Shown here one piece after another: positions 29,401-38,975 of a stretch of DNA of 64,000 bases (positions within the stretch are counted from its first letter, which is position 1; each line of letters opens with the position of its first letter). Below the pieces are notes generated by a model that saw nothing but the letters and a program-made list of their open reading frames with translations, was not told the DNA's origin and ran no database searches. The stretch lies in sequence record NC_041911.1. One strand, given 5' to 3'. The position numbers and the translations under genes were made by a program.

Positions 29401-29698
29401 TCAGGCTGGCGACCCAGTCTGCTTCAGTACCGACAAAGCCGAGAGCGACAGCAGCGTCGTAAGCGCTCTTGCCATCCAAAGAAGCCAGCCATTCAGCTTC
29501 GGTGCCTACGTAGCCGGCTTCAACAGCGACCTGATAGGCGCTCTTACCAGCTACGAACAGTTGATCCAGAGTGAACTTGACGTTCTTACCATCCTGGACT
29601 GCCTCCACCACTTCTGCACCAGTGATCGGTGCAGCAGGCGGCAGGTCGGTAATCCGATAATACAAGGAGGGATCGAGAGAATTGGGATCGCTCATCAT
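26426..29698 (-). CDS. Long collagen-like tail fibre
   Basis: Gly-X-Y runs (GDKGDQGIQGIQG), GKSAYxxA repeats, repeated G..LP..GD.Y..W.W.G..W modules. Confidence 0.9.
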   Translation of the reverse strand: MMSDPNSLDPSLYYRITDLPPAAPITGAEVVEAVQDGKNVKFTLDQLFVAGKSAYQVAVEAGYVGTEAEWLASLDGKSAYDAAVALGFVGTEADWVASLKGDKGDKGDQGIQGIPGDQGIQGVKGDTGPSAYDIAVAGGFTGTEAEWSASLKGPKGDKGDTGAQGPIGNGARLLGAVADQSQLPDVTTSQEGDCYLIGPQFWAVTGGQWVNLGNLQGPEGKSAYELAQLAGFGGTEADWLASLHGADGIGLKVQGSFQSTSDLPAQNNSPGDAYIIDSVMWVWDATNWVPVGQVGPAGKSAYQLAKDAGLIPQSMTLSQWIASLQGKSSYQIAQANGFVGGQTAWLASLVGKSAFDVAVANGFTGSQTDWLATLIGPIGPVGPQGLKGDKGDMGPGVKILGTVPSSTDLPATSTDPGDMYIALDTLHGWAWTGTAFVDCGLVQGPKGDTGPQGLQGLQGLKGDTGTTGASAFDIAVAGGFTGTIDQWIASLQGTAGLTAYQVAVENGYVGDLNSWLNSLVGAKGDIGPQGPMGRGLAIKGVVADVPSLPANPAQEDAYIVGTDLYIFLGTDWTNAGPFRGAQGDQGIQGIQGIQGIKGDKGDQGIQGIQGDQGIQGPQGVQGPMGPGISIVGTLTDTSQLPATGTLGEGYLIGGHFWGWDGTQYTDMGVIQGPVGPQGLQGVKGDKGDTGAQGLQGIQGIQGIQGLKGDKGDKGDKGDTGNSIKVLGILPDQNSLPVSGTNNIGDAYRVGDHLFVWNGVSWLDAGQWKGDKGDQGIQGLQGVKGDTGAQGPQGDPGAAGAQGPQGDQGPMGPGVKILGTVNTSANLPATSTNPGDMYIAQDTLHGWAWTGTAFIDVGPIQGPQGVRGLQGIQGIQGAQGIQGVQGVKGDPGTRWIVLSRNPSAADGTVGDYFLNSASLQFFQKTSTVAWSALGYLGGGNVYDANFDDVLYARKDGNWIPVDVLEAPKDNGVYVRQNGAWSALTLTRQKTAAFDGPITQTTSIPMNWYPPADAHALAGIRLQLGTVATTDLVVNAVVHHADGTSDNISLTLAAGQTNMYVAETNSLPAGSNVSLQVVGSSGSDMLITLEYN

Positions 29699-29708
29699 TT
29701 ATCCTTTA

Positions 29709-30257
29709 TTAAGAAATTGTGTTTTCGAGCACGCGAATGCGGAGATTCTGATCCGTCGGAATCTGACCATTTTCTCCACGTGCAGCCGGTAAAGGAGCAT
29801 TCGGAGTGTAGGGGAAGAAGTAATCCCCCGGTAGCCATGCAAGCGACGTATCGGTAATCGTTACGGTAATGCCGTTGATCGGCAGAGTGTCGAGCGGAGT
29901 GTCTTCTACCTCGGAGGTCACCAGATCCAGGCCGAGGCCGGCGTTGATCTGGGGCAGGATAGCGTGCACGGTTGTTGGGAAGGTGATGGGATCAAACGGA
30001 ACCAACTCCCCCGGGGGAAGACGTTTCAATGCATCGAAGCTCAGTCGCTTGTAATTGATGGCCAACGGTTCATCCTGGCGCGTCGTCGTGTATGCTTCGG
30101 CCTGCACCGTGGTAGAACCTTCAACGGGTGCAGAACCGAGTTCCGGCGCACCAAAATTGAAATTCACGGCGCTGGGAAGAACCGGCTGTTGCGCACTACG
30201 GATCAACTGTGACAGTCGCGCCTGGCTCGTGCCAGCATAGGGCTTGATACGAGACAT
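29709..30257 (-). CDS. Putative virion structural protein (fibre attachment)
   Basis: Directly upstream of fibre; start MSRIKPY. Confidence 0.65.
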   Translation of the reverse strand: MSRIKPYAGTSQARLSQLIRSAQQPVLPSAVNFNFGAPELGSAPVEGSTTVQAEAYTTTRQDEPLAINYKRLSFDALKRLPPGELVPFDPITFPTTVHAILPQINAGLGLDLVTSEVEDTPLDTLPINGITVTITDTSLAWLPGDYFFPYTPNAPLPAARGENGQIPTDQNLRIRVLENTIS

Positions 30258-30360
30258 TATTCGACCTTGTCTAACTGGTTGAAGAAATAAGCGTAGCACG
30301 AGATACGTAAATACCTCGCGCCCATAAAATTGGGAAGCTAAAAAAATACAGGAGAAACGA

Positions 30361-30398
30361 CGGCATAAAGGCCCGGGGAAAACCCGGGCCTGTTATGT
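30361..30398. terminator. Hairpin plus TTTATGCCG
   Basis: cggcataaa-ggcccggg-gaaaa-cccgggcc-tgttatg. Confidence 0.8.
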
Positions 30399-30412
30399 TG
30401 CTGCGTTATTGC

Positions 30413-31615
30413 TTAGAAGCCGAGGTCGATATCCCCACCGATGACTTCTTTCGACACGTTCTCAGTGGAGACCGTGTTGATAAGGTACTGGTTGTTGTCC
30501 TGTTCTTGCGGAGACGACTGTTTCTCGTTGATGTCGATCCAGTCGCGCATGTAGTTAAGCGGCAGTTGTTGCGGCATTTGCACGCCCAGTTCCATTTCCA
30601 CTTCAGCCAGCACACCGAAAGTCACACAAACGTGGCGACCGTTGAACAACGACCAGTCCTTCAGCTTTTGCGGAGTCACACCCGGCAGTTCATCGCCATC
30701 GCTGTGCAAATAGTCAACCCAGGACATTTCATTACGCAGCAGTTCGATCAACGCGCGAATGATGATCGGACGAACAGCCTGGAATGCAGCGCGACCCCAT
30801 TCGGTAGCCAACAGGTTACGAAGAACTTCTTCGCCATACGGCACATGGTTGTTGTACTCGTCGCGTGCGATCAACTGGATAGCCGAGCCAATCGGTTCGA
30901 ACAGGCCCAGTTCGCAGATACCGAAGGTCACCGCGAAGGAGGCCATGAACTGGATACGTTCCAGCATGTACACTGCCGCCACCAACAGCACCACGGCTTG
31001 TTCCATTTCCTTGGTGCGCTTGCGGGTGAGTTGCCATTCGAGGCAGGCGGCAGAAGCTTTCGCGAAGATTTCGCCGACCACCGCCATGCGGCCATGCGCT
31101 TCCCGCACCGACAGAATCTCGTTCAGTATTGCCGACGGATCTTCGAACGAACCACGCACGATCTCGGAGTAGGTCAGGGCATGCAGGTTTTCGTTATCTG
31201 CGATACGGACATAGCCGCAACGGATTTCGGTGGCGGTACAGAACGGCACCATCACTTCCGCCAGACCACGAGCAGCAACCGAGTCACCCTCCCACTGCCA
31301 TGCCAGCGTGCGGATCATCATCCGGTAGATCGATGGCGAGCAGGTCTTGAATTCCGGCATGCAACGCGAGTAATCAAACTCGTTATGCTTCCAGTCCATC
31401 GACTTCAGTTCTTCATAGAGACGGAAGATGTCCGGATACGGACGATGGATGGTATCGAGCAGGCCGCCGGGTTGGCCCAAGAACAGCTCGGGCTTTTCGT
31501 AGTCGGTCTTGTGAAGGTTGAAGATCGCCGGGTTCAGTGTTTCCCCGCGCTGAGCCAGCGAGAGGTTAATGTAGTCGACGGTTTCAAAGTTATGCGCTTG
31601 TACGAGTTCAGTCAT
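30413..31615 (-). CDS. nrdB: Ribonucleotide reductase class Ia beta subunit
   Basis: Iron ligands and radical Tyr: EGDS, ENLHALTY, LERIQF, RDEYNNH. Confidence 0.95.
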   Translation of the reverse strand: MTELVQAHNFETVDYINLSLAQRGETLNPAIFNLHKTDYEKPELFLGQPGGLLDTIHRPYPDIFRLYEELKSMDWKHNEFDYSRCMPEFKTCSPSIYRMMIRTLAWQWEGDSVAARGLAEVMVPFCTATEIRCGYVRIADNENLHALTYSEIVRGSFEDPSAILNEILSVREAHGRMAVVGEIFAKASAACLEWQLTRKRTKEMEQAVVLLVAAVYMLERIQFMASFAVTFGICELGLFEPIGSAIQLIARDEYNNHVPYGEEVLRNLLATEWGRAAFQAVRPIIIRALIELLRNEMSWVDYLHSDGDELPGVTPQKLKDWSLFNGRHVCVTFGVLAEVEMELGVQMPQQLPLNYMRDWIDINEKQSSPQEQDNNQYLINTVSTENVSKEVIGGDIDLGF

Positions 31616-31752
31616 TTTTGTTCACTAACGAGAGATGGAAAGAGGGGTGGATTCATTCAATACCAATGCCCGGTATTTTCTCATCTAAAGGAATTGGGAG
31701 CATAAACAGAGAGGAGGAAACCTCCTCTCTGCCTACACTTCTGTCTTACTGC

Positions 31753-34413
31753 TTACAGCTTGCAGGCGCCACCGCCACAAGCGTCTTCCTGCTCAGACTC
31801 GACGTACTCGACAGACGGCATCGTGTACAGCTTGATCCAGCTTTCACTGTTCCAAACGTACCAGGACTCACCGATCAAGTAGCTGTCACCGAAACGATCG
31901 CTTCCCTTCGGCAACATGCCTTCCTCTTTCACAGTGCCGCAGCAATGTACCAGGAACGTATCACCGAACAGTTCACGAGCTTTCACGAAGATCTCGTATG
32001 CTTCATCGCCCTCAGTACGGACGTAACCGCCGCTCTCATCCGTGCCGATAGCGGTCGGAATATTGAGAGCCGCAGTTTGCAGTCGACTGATCACCGCTTT
32101 AGTCTCGGTGTTCGCTTCGGCTTCCGTTGCAACGGCAGCTTCTGCTGCACCAGGAATGCTGGCCACCAGCGACACGGTCGCTTCCATCGACTTGACCTTC
32201 GGACGGAGTGAGTTGGTGTAATAACGACTCTTCATGCCCGATGCGATCATGTAAAGGAAACGTTCCACCACTTCCTTTTCCGTCACGGTCGTTTCGCCGG
32301 GAGCGAACTTCCGGTACTCGTCAGCCGAAATACCTTGGTCAGTCCATTTCTGGCCGAGCGCGTAGAGGTCGATCAGATCCTTGTAGTGCAGATCCCAGAC
32401 GGACTGGTAGGCGTCACCCAGCAGGTCACCATCCACAGCGGCCCAACGCAGGATGTTGTTTTCCCCGTCAGTCTTGGTGATCACCACCGAACGGATCGGA
32501 TAGATCGAGTTGGTGGAGCCAAGAGCCTTCGACGACGATTCACCCGGCATCATGGCCGACAACACGCTGTGAGCGATACCACCGTTCGCGATCAGCTCTT
32601 GCGACAGAGCATCCCAGTCATAGACGTTCTCGAACTTGCCGATCTTGTCCACATTACGGTTGTAAGTCTGCAGCGGAGTCCAACCTTCCGGCCACTTGGT
32701 CTTGTGAATCCACGGAGCCAGACCACGTTCCTTCGAGATCTTGATCGAAGCCTTGATCAGGAAGTACATGTGACGTTCGAAGATGCGGTGGATCTCAGCC
32801 TTGCCTTCCAGCGTATCGTAGCGCAGACCCTTACGAGCCATCCAGGTAGCCAGACCCATGATGCCCACGCCGGCATTCATGCGCTTGTGCGCGGTGAACT
32901 TGAGGTGCGGGAACGGGTACTCGCCGTTGAGGATCGTGTAGTCGATCATCTTCAGCGCGTAGTAGCAGGCGTCGAGGTACTCGTCGTCATCTTCACCGAT
33001 GTTCTCGATCGGAATCGCAGCCAGGTTACACATCGCGATTTCGCCGCGACCGTGATCTTCCTCGGTGTACAGATCGCGCATGTCGAAGTACGGTGCCTGG
33101 ATTTCAGCGATTTCCTGGCACAGGTTCATCGAGTGGATGCGGTGATCCGGCGAGATCTTGAACGGCGTATGACGGTTGATCTCGTGGATGTTCTGCACGT
33201 AGGCCGTGCCGGTATCGAACGCTTCAGCGTACGAGTGCAGCACCAGCTTACGCGCATTTACGTACTTCTTCGGGAACAGCGGGTTGTCTTCGTACTGCTT
33301 GTACAGTTCGACGAAACGCTTGATGTCCGGCGAGAAGAATGCATCGAACAGATCCGGTGCCGAAAACTCCGTGAAGGTGAAGATGTCTTCGCCTTTCTGG
33401 ACTTTGGCAGCGAACCACGGGTTTACCAGCATCGAGAAGTGCAGGTCACGCAGCTGCTTGTCTTCCGGCTGCATCGGGTTGCGATACTGCACGATGTCGA
33501 TCGCTTCCGGGTCGAAACCACTGAAGCTGGTCGTACCAGCGCCAGCGCGGGCCGCTTGCTTGTTCGCGATGGTCGCTGCCGCGTTGGCCTTCAGGTAGCG
33601 ATACTTACCACCGTGCATCACACGACCGCCAGCAATCGGATCACCCACGGTACGAGTCGAGATGAACGAGCCCAGACCAGCCGAGTTCACGGTCATCATG
33701 TACGCAATGTGGTCACCGATGGCCAGCGAGTTGGCATCGTCAGCCGCCGTGAAGATGCAGCACGATGCCCAGCCGTTGTGCGGCGTGCCCAGGTACAGGT
33801 AGTTCGGAGTCGGCGCCGACAGCTTCTTGCCGGAGAACTTGTCGTAGAACTTGCGCAACACCTGCATACGGACGGATGGGTCTTCATTTTCCGCCAGCGT
33901 CATTGCCATGCGCATATACAGGTGCTGCGGCGTCTCGAAGACCTCGCCAGTCACGTGGTTGCGGATCGCGTACTTGTCACGGATCTGCTTGAGTGCAAAT
34001 TCCGGATAGAAGAAATCCTTGTTGTGATCGATGAGGGATTCGATCTCGGCGTATTCCTCTTTGGAATACTGGAGCGGACGCATCAGCGTCAGCCCTTCCA
34101 GCTTTTTGTGCTGGTCAAACACCGACGGCGGGTTAATACTGCCGTAAATGTCCTTGCGATACACAGTCGCAAACAGGCGCCCGGCCATCAGGTAGGCCGG
34201 CCAGGTCCGAATTGCCAACAGTTCTTCGATCAGGACGAGCATCAGCTCGCGAGTGGTGGCCTTTTCAGGCAGTTTTGCAACAGCAGCGAGAGCAGCTTGA
34301 GACCAGTCCACACGACCTTGGAGGTGATTGGCGGCCCATTCTCCCCAGCCATTGAGTTTTGCAGGGATCAGGGGCTCTTCGGAGCCATTCCGTTTGATGA
34401 GAGTTTGCAACAT
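31753..34413 (-). CDS. nrdA: Ribonucleotide reductase class Ia alpha subunit with extended C-tail
   Basis: SAPTP, SCC, NLCQEI, MCNLA, MPGESSS, YY, terminal CGGGAC. Confidence 0.97.
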   Translation of the reverse strand: MLQTLIKRNGSEEPLIPAKLNGWGEWAANHLQGRVDWSQAALAAVAKLPEKATTRELMLVLIEELLAIRTWPAYLMAGRLFATVYRKDIYGSINPPSVFDQHKKLEGLTLMRPLQYSKEEYAEIESLIDHNKDFFYPEFALKQIRDKYAIRNHVTGEVFETPQHLYMRMAMTLAENEDPSVRMQVLRKFYDKFSGKKLSAPTPNYLYLGTPHNGWASCCIFTAADDANSLAIGDHIAYMMTVNSAGLGSFISTRTVGDPIAGGRVMHGGKYRYLKANAAATIANKQAARAGAGTTSFSGFDPEAIDIVQYRNPMQPEDKQLRDLHFSMLVNPWFAAKVQKGEDIFTFTEFSAPDLFDAFFSPDIKRFVELYKQYEDNPLFPKKYVNARKLVLHSYAEAFDTGTAYVQNIHEINRHTPFKISPDHRIHSMNLCQEIAEIQAPYFDMRDLYTEEDHGRGEIAMCNLAAIPIENIGEDDDEYLDACYYALKMIDYTILNGEYPFPHLKFTAHKRMNAGVGIMGLATWMARKGLRYDTLEGKAEIHRIFERHMYFLIKASIKISKERGLAPWIHKTKWPEGWTPLQTYNRNVDKIGKFENVYDWDALSQELIANGGIAHSVLSAMMPGESSSKALGSTNSIYPIRSVVITKTDGENNILRWAAVDGDLLGDAYQSVWDLHYKDLIDLYALGQKWTDQGISADEYRKFAPGETTVTEKEVVERFLYMIASGMKSRYYTNSLRPKVKSMEATVSLVASIPGAAEAAVATEAEANTETKAVISRLQTAALNIPTAIGTDESGGYVRTEGDEAYEIFVKARELFGDTFLVHCCGTVKEEGMLPKGSDRFGDSYLIGESWYVWNSESWIKLYTMPSVEYVESEQEDACGGGACKL

Positions 34414-34702
34414 GTTTGTTGGTCTTTAGAGAGAAAGTTGGCAAAAGTAGCTACGTAGAACGGAATGATGGTTCATTCAACATAGCATCCGATGGACGTG
34501 TTAAAAATTCACGAGCGAAATACAGTCCCCGTCCGACACGAGCATGCTATTTGGGGTAGCGCTCGTGTCTTTGAGAGTGGCTGTAACACCTCCTCTCTAG
34601 GGCAGGCATAACATTGGAGTAACCCTCTAAGCCTCTCGAAACCAAAAAATAAATAGCGAGCATAAACTCCCGTAGACCACGAGGGTCTACGGGAGCGATG
34701 CA

Positions 34703-35158
34703 TCAGGAGAGTGCGATAACGGACTCAGGAACCACTGCGTCGGCTGACAATTCCAGCACCAGAGGTTCGAATTGCAGCGATTCCGAGCGCTTGGCCTTGT
34801 GCTTTTCGATGACTTGGCCCGGAATGATCTTCATCACAGACGGAATCACCGAAATAGTCCGCTTCTCAGCGTCAACTCGGTAGTTGTACATGACGTAATG
34901 GATGTCATCCCACGACAAAGCCGTTGTATCGCAAGTGGCTGCCTCGGGAATCTCACCGGTGAGTTCGATATTGCAGATGTCACCATAGAGAGCGCCAGCC
35001 GTAGCAGCAGCGTGCACTGCCTGTTGCTCGGTGACACCGCAACACTGTTGCAATACAGCTGCAGTGTTCTTGCACCATTCCAGCAACTGTTGGAGACGCG
35101 GTTCATTACGCTTCATCACTTCAGCAGCCAGTTGTTCCAGAAAAGTCACTTCATTCAT
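34703..35158 (-). CDS. Hypothetical protein
   Basis: 151 aa, ATGA coupling. Confidence 0.7.
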   Translation of the reverse strand: MNEVTFLEQLAAEVMKRNEPRLQQLLEWCKNTAAVLQQCCGVTEQQAVHAAATAGALYGDICNIELTGEIPEAATCDTTALSWDDIHYVMYNYRVDAEKRTISVIPSVMKIIPGQVIEKHKAKRSESLQFEPLVLELSADAVVPESVIALS

Positions 35159-35736
35159 CTAAATTTCCCCGATTGACAGTCTTCACTCTCCAGATAGTAG
35201 AATATCTGGGATGGATTCATCATTCTAAAATACACGTTACCAAAATCATCGATGTGGTCGAGCCGATAGATGCAGCCATAGTCTTGGATAGCTGGAGCAC
35301 CAGTGCGCGACAGAACTCCGATTATCGAATTCAAGAAAGTCTGCAGTGCGGTAGTTAGCATCGCCATCGAGTCTTGCAGCGCTGTTTCTGCTGTCACGGC
35401 ACAGCCGAGATTACGGATGAGTCCCACACGAGCCTCTTCAATGATCGCTTCGTTAAGGAACTCATCCGTAATGGCCACCACACTATCCCAGTCGCAGTAG
35501 TAGAAGCAGGCGAGATCAATCGCCTCTTCAATCTCGACTTCGAACTGCTGAGGCATCGACGTGAGGAACGTGTCCATTTCTCCGAGCATGTTGATCGAGA
35601 ACAGCTGTGGATAAGACAGTTGTATCAGCGGCCAGCGTAGCTCGTACTCGTCGTCACTATAGACAGGTATCTCAGACAGGAGAAGATTGTCGACACCCTG
35701 CATGAAGTAACGATCGTCTCCGATAGGTACGTTCAT
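35155..35736 (-). CDS. Acidic hypothetical protein
   Basis: TAATG coupling at 35736. Confidence 0.75.
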   Translation of the reverse strand: MNVPIGDDRYFMQGVDNLLLSEIPVYSDDEYELRWPLIQLSYPQLFSINMLGEMDTFLTSMPQQFEVEIEEAIDLACFYYCDWDSVVAITDEFLNEAIIEEARVGLIRNLGCAVTAETALQDSMAMLTTALQTFLNSIIGVLSRTGAPAIQDYGCIYRLDHIDDFGNVYFRMMNPSQIFYYLESEDCQSGKFR

Positions 35737-36386
35737 TATTCCCCCACGTATGCAATCACGAACTCCTCCCAAGTCCGCAATCTCAATACCAGCAAACCTT
35801 TCTCGAATTTCTCAGCCGTGTAGACCGATTCCGTCTCGACGAGTGGGAAGCGCGCATTGACCAGATAGTTCTGGACCATTGTTGCGACTTCGTACATAGT
35901 GCCAACAGCATCGTTGAAAGGCTCGCCCATTAAGCAGGCAGCTTCATCTTCCGCACCGAGCCTCGCTTGGATTTCAGATGAGATCTCTTCCTCGAAAGAA
36001 TTCCACAGCACGTCGCCAATGTTAGAGTCTTCACCGAGGAAATCGCAAGCCACGTCTGCAACCGTCTTGACGTCGATCACGCTGTAGCCCGGATTATCGC
36101 CGACACGCAGGAACTGTAGAATGTCGTGCATGTCGATGAATACGTAGAGTGAGAGTCCCTCCGTATATTGCAGGTAGTCTTCTTTCCCATCGAAGGAATC
36201 GAATGGCCGACGAACCAGACTGGCGTATTCTCCGGGAGTGATGGGCTTCCGGAAGAACTTGTCATTGGAGCCGTACAACTCGATCCCCCGCTCTTTGTTT
36301 TCCGGCGAATCCGGATCAAAGTCGCCTATATTCCTCATAACTGGTTCTATCGCCTCCTCGAAATCCCATTCGTTGTTGAGCCGCAT
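35736..36386 (-). CDS. Acidic hypothetical protein
   Basis: 216 aa, strongly Asp/Glu-rich. Confidence 0.75.
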   Translation of the reverse strand: MRLNNEWDFEEAIEPVMRNIGDFDPDSPENKERGIELYGSNDKFFRKPITPGEYASLVRRPFDSFDGKEDYLQYTEGLSLYVFIDMHDILQFLRVGDNPGYSVIDVKTVADVACDFLGEDSNIGDVLWNSFEEEISSEIQARLGAEDEAACLMGEPFNDAVGTMYEVATMVQNYLVNARFPLVETESVYTAEKFEKGLLVLRLRTWEEFVIAYVGE

Positions 36387-36394
36387 TCTTGCCG

Positions 36395-36841
36395 CTAAAG
36401 CCTCTTTAATACGTATTCGACCAACTGCATGTTGTCAAGTTTTTCGAATACCATCAGTTTTTGGTTAGTTCTTGCGATTTTGTAAGGGAACAAATTCCGG
36501 AAATCATTCGTTACCCTCGCCAGTAGTTCATCGTACTTGGCCAAGAAGGCCGCATCCAGCACTTCGTCAACCATAGCGGACATACCGGCGCTATGAGACG
36601 TCACTATCTGGCGCCGACGCCAGTCGTTTGCATTGGTGAGCTGCAAAGCATCTTGCAGATCGATGATTCGTTCTGACCAGATATCAGCAGGCACCATTAC
36701 ATACGCTTGCTGCATTACCTTGTGATTCTGCGTGACGAGATGCTTCGGATACGGTTTGACGGTATCGAAGTAATACTTCATCGTCACGTGATCCGTCAGC
36801 CCTAGTCCCAGCTGTCGAATCTCATTAGAGAGCTGATTCAT
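36395..36841 (-). CDS. Hypothetical protein
   Basis: Start moved to MNQLSNE. Confidence 0.7.
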   Translation of the reverse strand: MNQLSNEIRQLGLGLTDHVTMKYYFDTVKPYPKHLVTQNHKVMQQAYVMVPADIWSERIIDLQDALQLTNANDWRRRQIVTSHSAGMSAMVDEVLDAAFLAKYDELLARVTNDFRNLFPYKIARTNQKLMVFEKLDNMQLVEYVLKRL

Positions 36842-37013
36842 AGTTCTGATCCTCGTAAGAAAGTCATCTATCAAATTCGTGCTCAGGGTAAAAAGCGCCG
36901 CGGCAGCATAAGAGCCAGCCCGAGAGCTGGCCAAATGAAAAAGACCTCGGGAGAGCGGGGCTTCAACCCTCCCGAGGCAAACTTCCTCCTATCTCGACAG
37001 GAAGAGGAAGACT

Positions 37014-38975
37014 TTAAGGCTCTCCAGTAATGAAGAGGCTGAGGAACACGCGGTAATCTATAATTTCGATACCGAGCAAGTTGGCTTTGCGGGCATTGCT
37101 GCCAGGGCGTTCACCGACCACAACGTAATCGGTTTTAGCACTGACACTACCGGACACGAGACCACCAGCTGCCAATACCTTGTTTTCCATGGTATCCCGC
37201 GATTCCGGGAACTTACCAGTGAAGACAAAAGTCTTGCCAGCCACACCTTCGATGGTTTGGATCTCTCCCATTTCAGGAATATGCAGTCGTGCATGGAGAT
37301 CCATTGCATCCTGCTTCTTCTGCGGGTTCGAGAAGTAGGCAGCGATGTTAGCGGCCGTACTTGGTCCGACATCTGGTACTTTCAATTCGAGCACCTTGTC
37401 TGGCGTGTCGAGTTCGAAGAGTGCCTGGTGCTTAAGAATCCGCTGAGCGAGCTTTCGCGCAGTTGACTTCCCAACCTCTAGGATGCCCAAGGACATGATG
37501 AAGCGATCCATAGTGGTGTCTCGCGAATTCCAGATGGCTCGGTGCAGCTTGGCAGCCGAATACTCGGTATAACCCTCCAGTTTGGCGATTTCTGCGACTT
37601 CTAGCTTATAGAGGTCAGCTGCACATTTCACGATCCCGGCTTTGAGCATGAGATCGATCGTCTGCTCAGCCAAACCATCTACGTCCAGTACATCACGCGA
37701 CACGGCATACGCAATGCTAGCCACTGCCTGTGCTTCGCAGTGCGGGTTCTCGCAGTAGTAAGCTGCACCGCGCTTCACGATCGGAGTCTGGCAACACGGG
37801 CAGTTGGTCGGGAACACTACGGGCCGGGCATCCGGCACAGCCTTGATGAGTTTGCCAAAGTGAGGAATTACGTCACCCGAGCGATACACCTCGTAGCTAT
37901 TACCAATCGCGATCTGACGCTCGCGCATGCGGTCTTCGTTGTGCAGTGATACCGATGTTACCACCACCCCCATAAGCGGCGTCGCTGTGATCTTCGCAAC
38001 CGGCGCAATTTCACCAGTACGACCCACCTGGAACACCACATCAACAACCGTACATTCACCTTTCGTCGGCGGGAACTTATAGGCGAAGGCCCAACGCGGA
38101 GAATGAGACGTTTCACCCAACTCAGCCTGCTTGGCGGTATCATTAATCTTGAAGACCATTCCGTCAATGTCAAACGGAATGTCTCCTCGCTCACGGATTT
38201 CCGTAATCGAGTCGAATACCTCCTGAATAGAGATGGGCGAAAGGAGGAAACAGCTAAGCATCGAGAACCCAAGATTCTTGAGCGTTTCGAGCTTGTCGGT
38301 GTACGCATTGAAGACAAAGTCAGCTCCTTCGATATCGTAAGGAACAAACGAGATGCCGTGCGTAAAGTTGTTGGGCTGGTCGCGGTTGAGCATACCAGCT
38401 ACCGCATTGCGGCAGTTGGCGTACTTATCCGGACCTGTGTTCATGAACTCCAGCCAGGCCTTCTTGATCAGCGCTTCCCCACGAACTTCCACCATACCCT
38501 TGGCGTCAATTCTATCACGCACAAACTGCGCGGCGTGTTTGGTTACGTCCTCGCCGTACTCGCCGTCGCCACGTGTCAGTGCACGGGAGAAGATGCCATC
38601 GATGTACAGCAGAGATAGCGCCATGCCGTCGTACTTGAATTCGCCGACGACCTTTACTTCTGGATCGAACTTCGTTGACCAAAGGTTGATCCAACTTTGC
38701 AGCTCGTCCTCGTCGAGCGCATTCTCCAGAGAGAGCATCGGGAATTCGTGACGCAGATGCTCGTTCTTGTTGCTGGCCTTGATAGCACCCACCTTGAACG
38801 TCGGAGAGAGTTCCAGCGTTTTGTCCGGATGCTTGGTTTCCCACGCGATCAGTTCCTTGCGAAGCTTATCGTATTCGTGGTCGGGAATGAGTTCAGTGCC
38901 GTCGATGTGGTAAGCACGATGGTATTCCGCCATCTTGCTCACGAGACTGACGTAAGACAAGTAATCGTTTATCAT
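37014..38975 (-). CDS. ligA: NAD-dependent DNA ligase
   Basis: EFKYDG, TRGDG, DGMVFK, QVGRTG, C4 Zn finger, HhH, BRCT (GKTFVFTG). Confidence 0.97.
   Translation of the reverse strand: MINDYLSYVSLVSKMAEYHRAYHIDGTELIPDHEYDKLRKELIAWETKHPDKTLELSPTFKVGAIKASNKNEHLRHEFPMLSLENALDEDELQSWINLWSTKFDPEVKVVGEFKYDGMALSLLYIDGIFSRALTRGDGEYGEDVTKHAAQFVRDRIDAKGMVEVRGEALIKKAWLEFMNTGPDKYANCRNAVAGMLNRDQPNNFTHGISFVPYDIEGADFVFNAYTDKLETLKNLGFSMLSCFLLSPISIQEVFDSITEIRERGDIPFDIDGMVFKINDTAKQAELGETSHSPRWAFAYKFPPTKGECTVVDVVFQVGRTGEIAPVAKITATPLMGVVVTSVSLHNEDRMRERQIAIGNSYEVYRSGDVIPHFGKLIKAVPDARPVVFPTNCPCCQTPIVKRGAAYYCENPHCEAQAVASIAYAVSRDVLDVDGLAEQTIDLMLKAGIVKCAADLYKLEVAEIAKLEGYTEYSAAKLHRAIWNSRDTTMDRFIMSLGILEVGKSTARKLAQRILKHQALFELDTPDKVLELKVPDVGPSTAANIAAYFSNPQKKQDAMDLHARLHIPEMGEIQTIEGVAGKTFVFTGKFPESRDTMENKVLAAGGLVSGSVSAKTDYVVVGERPGSNARKANLLGIEIIDYRVFLSLFITGEP

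Noticed and set aside
27000-29420. Short tandem DNA repeats (gataccctga/gataccttgg)
   Set aside because: Gly-X-Y coding repeats, not CRISPR; no spacers or cas genes in the window
28196-29857. 553-aa and 380-aa plus-strand ORFs over the fibre
   Set aside because: Shadows of the collagen-repeat gene
32335-34458. 707-aa plus-strand ORF
   Set aside because: Antisense shadow of nrdA
31753-38975. Intein or intron in nrdA or ligA
   Set aside because: Core motifs are contiguous; no intein terminal C...HN or homing-endonuclease motifs; the nrdA insert is a different module
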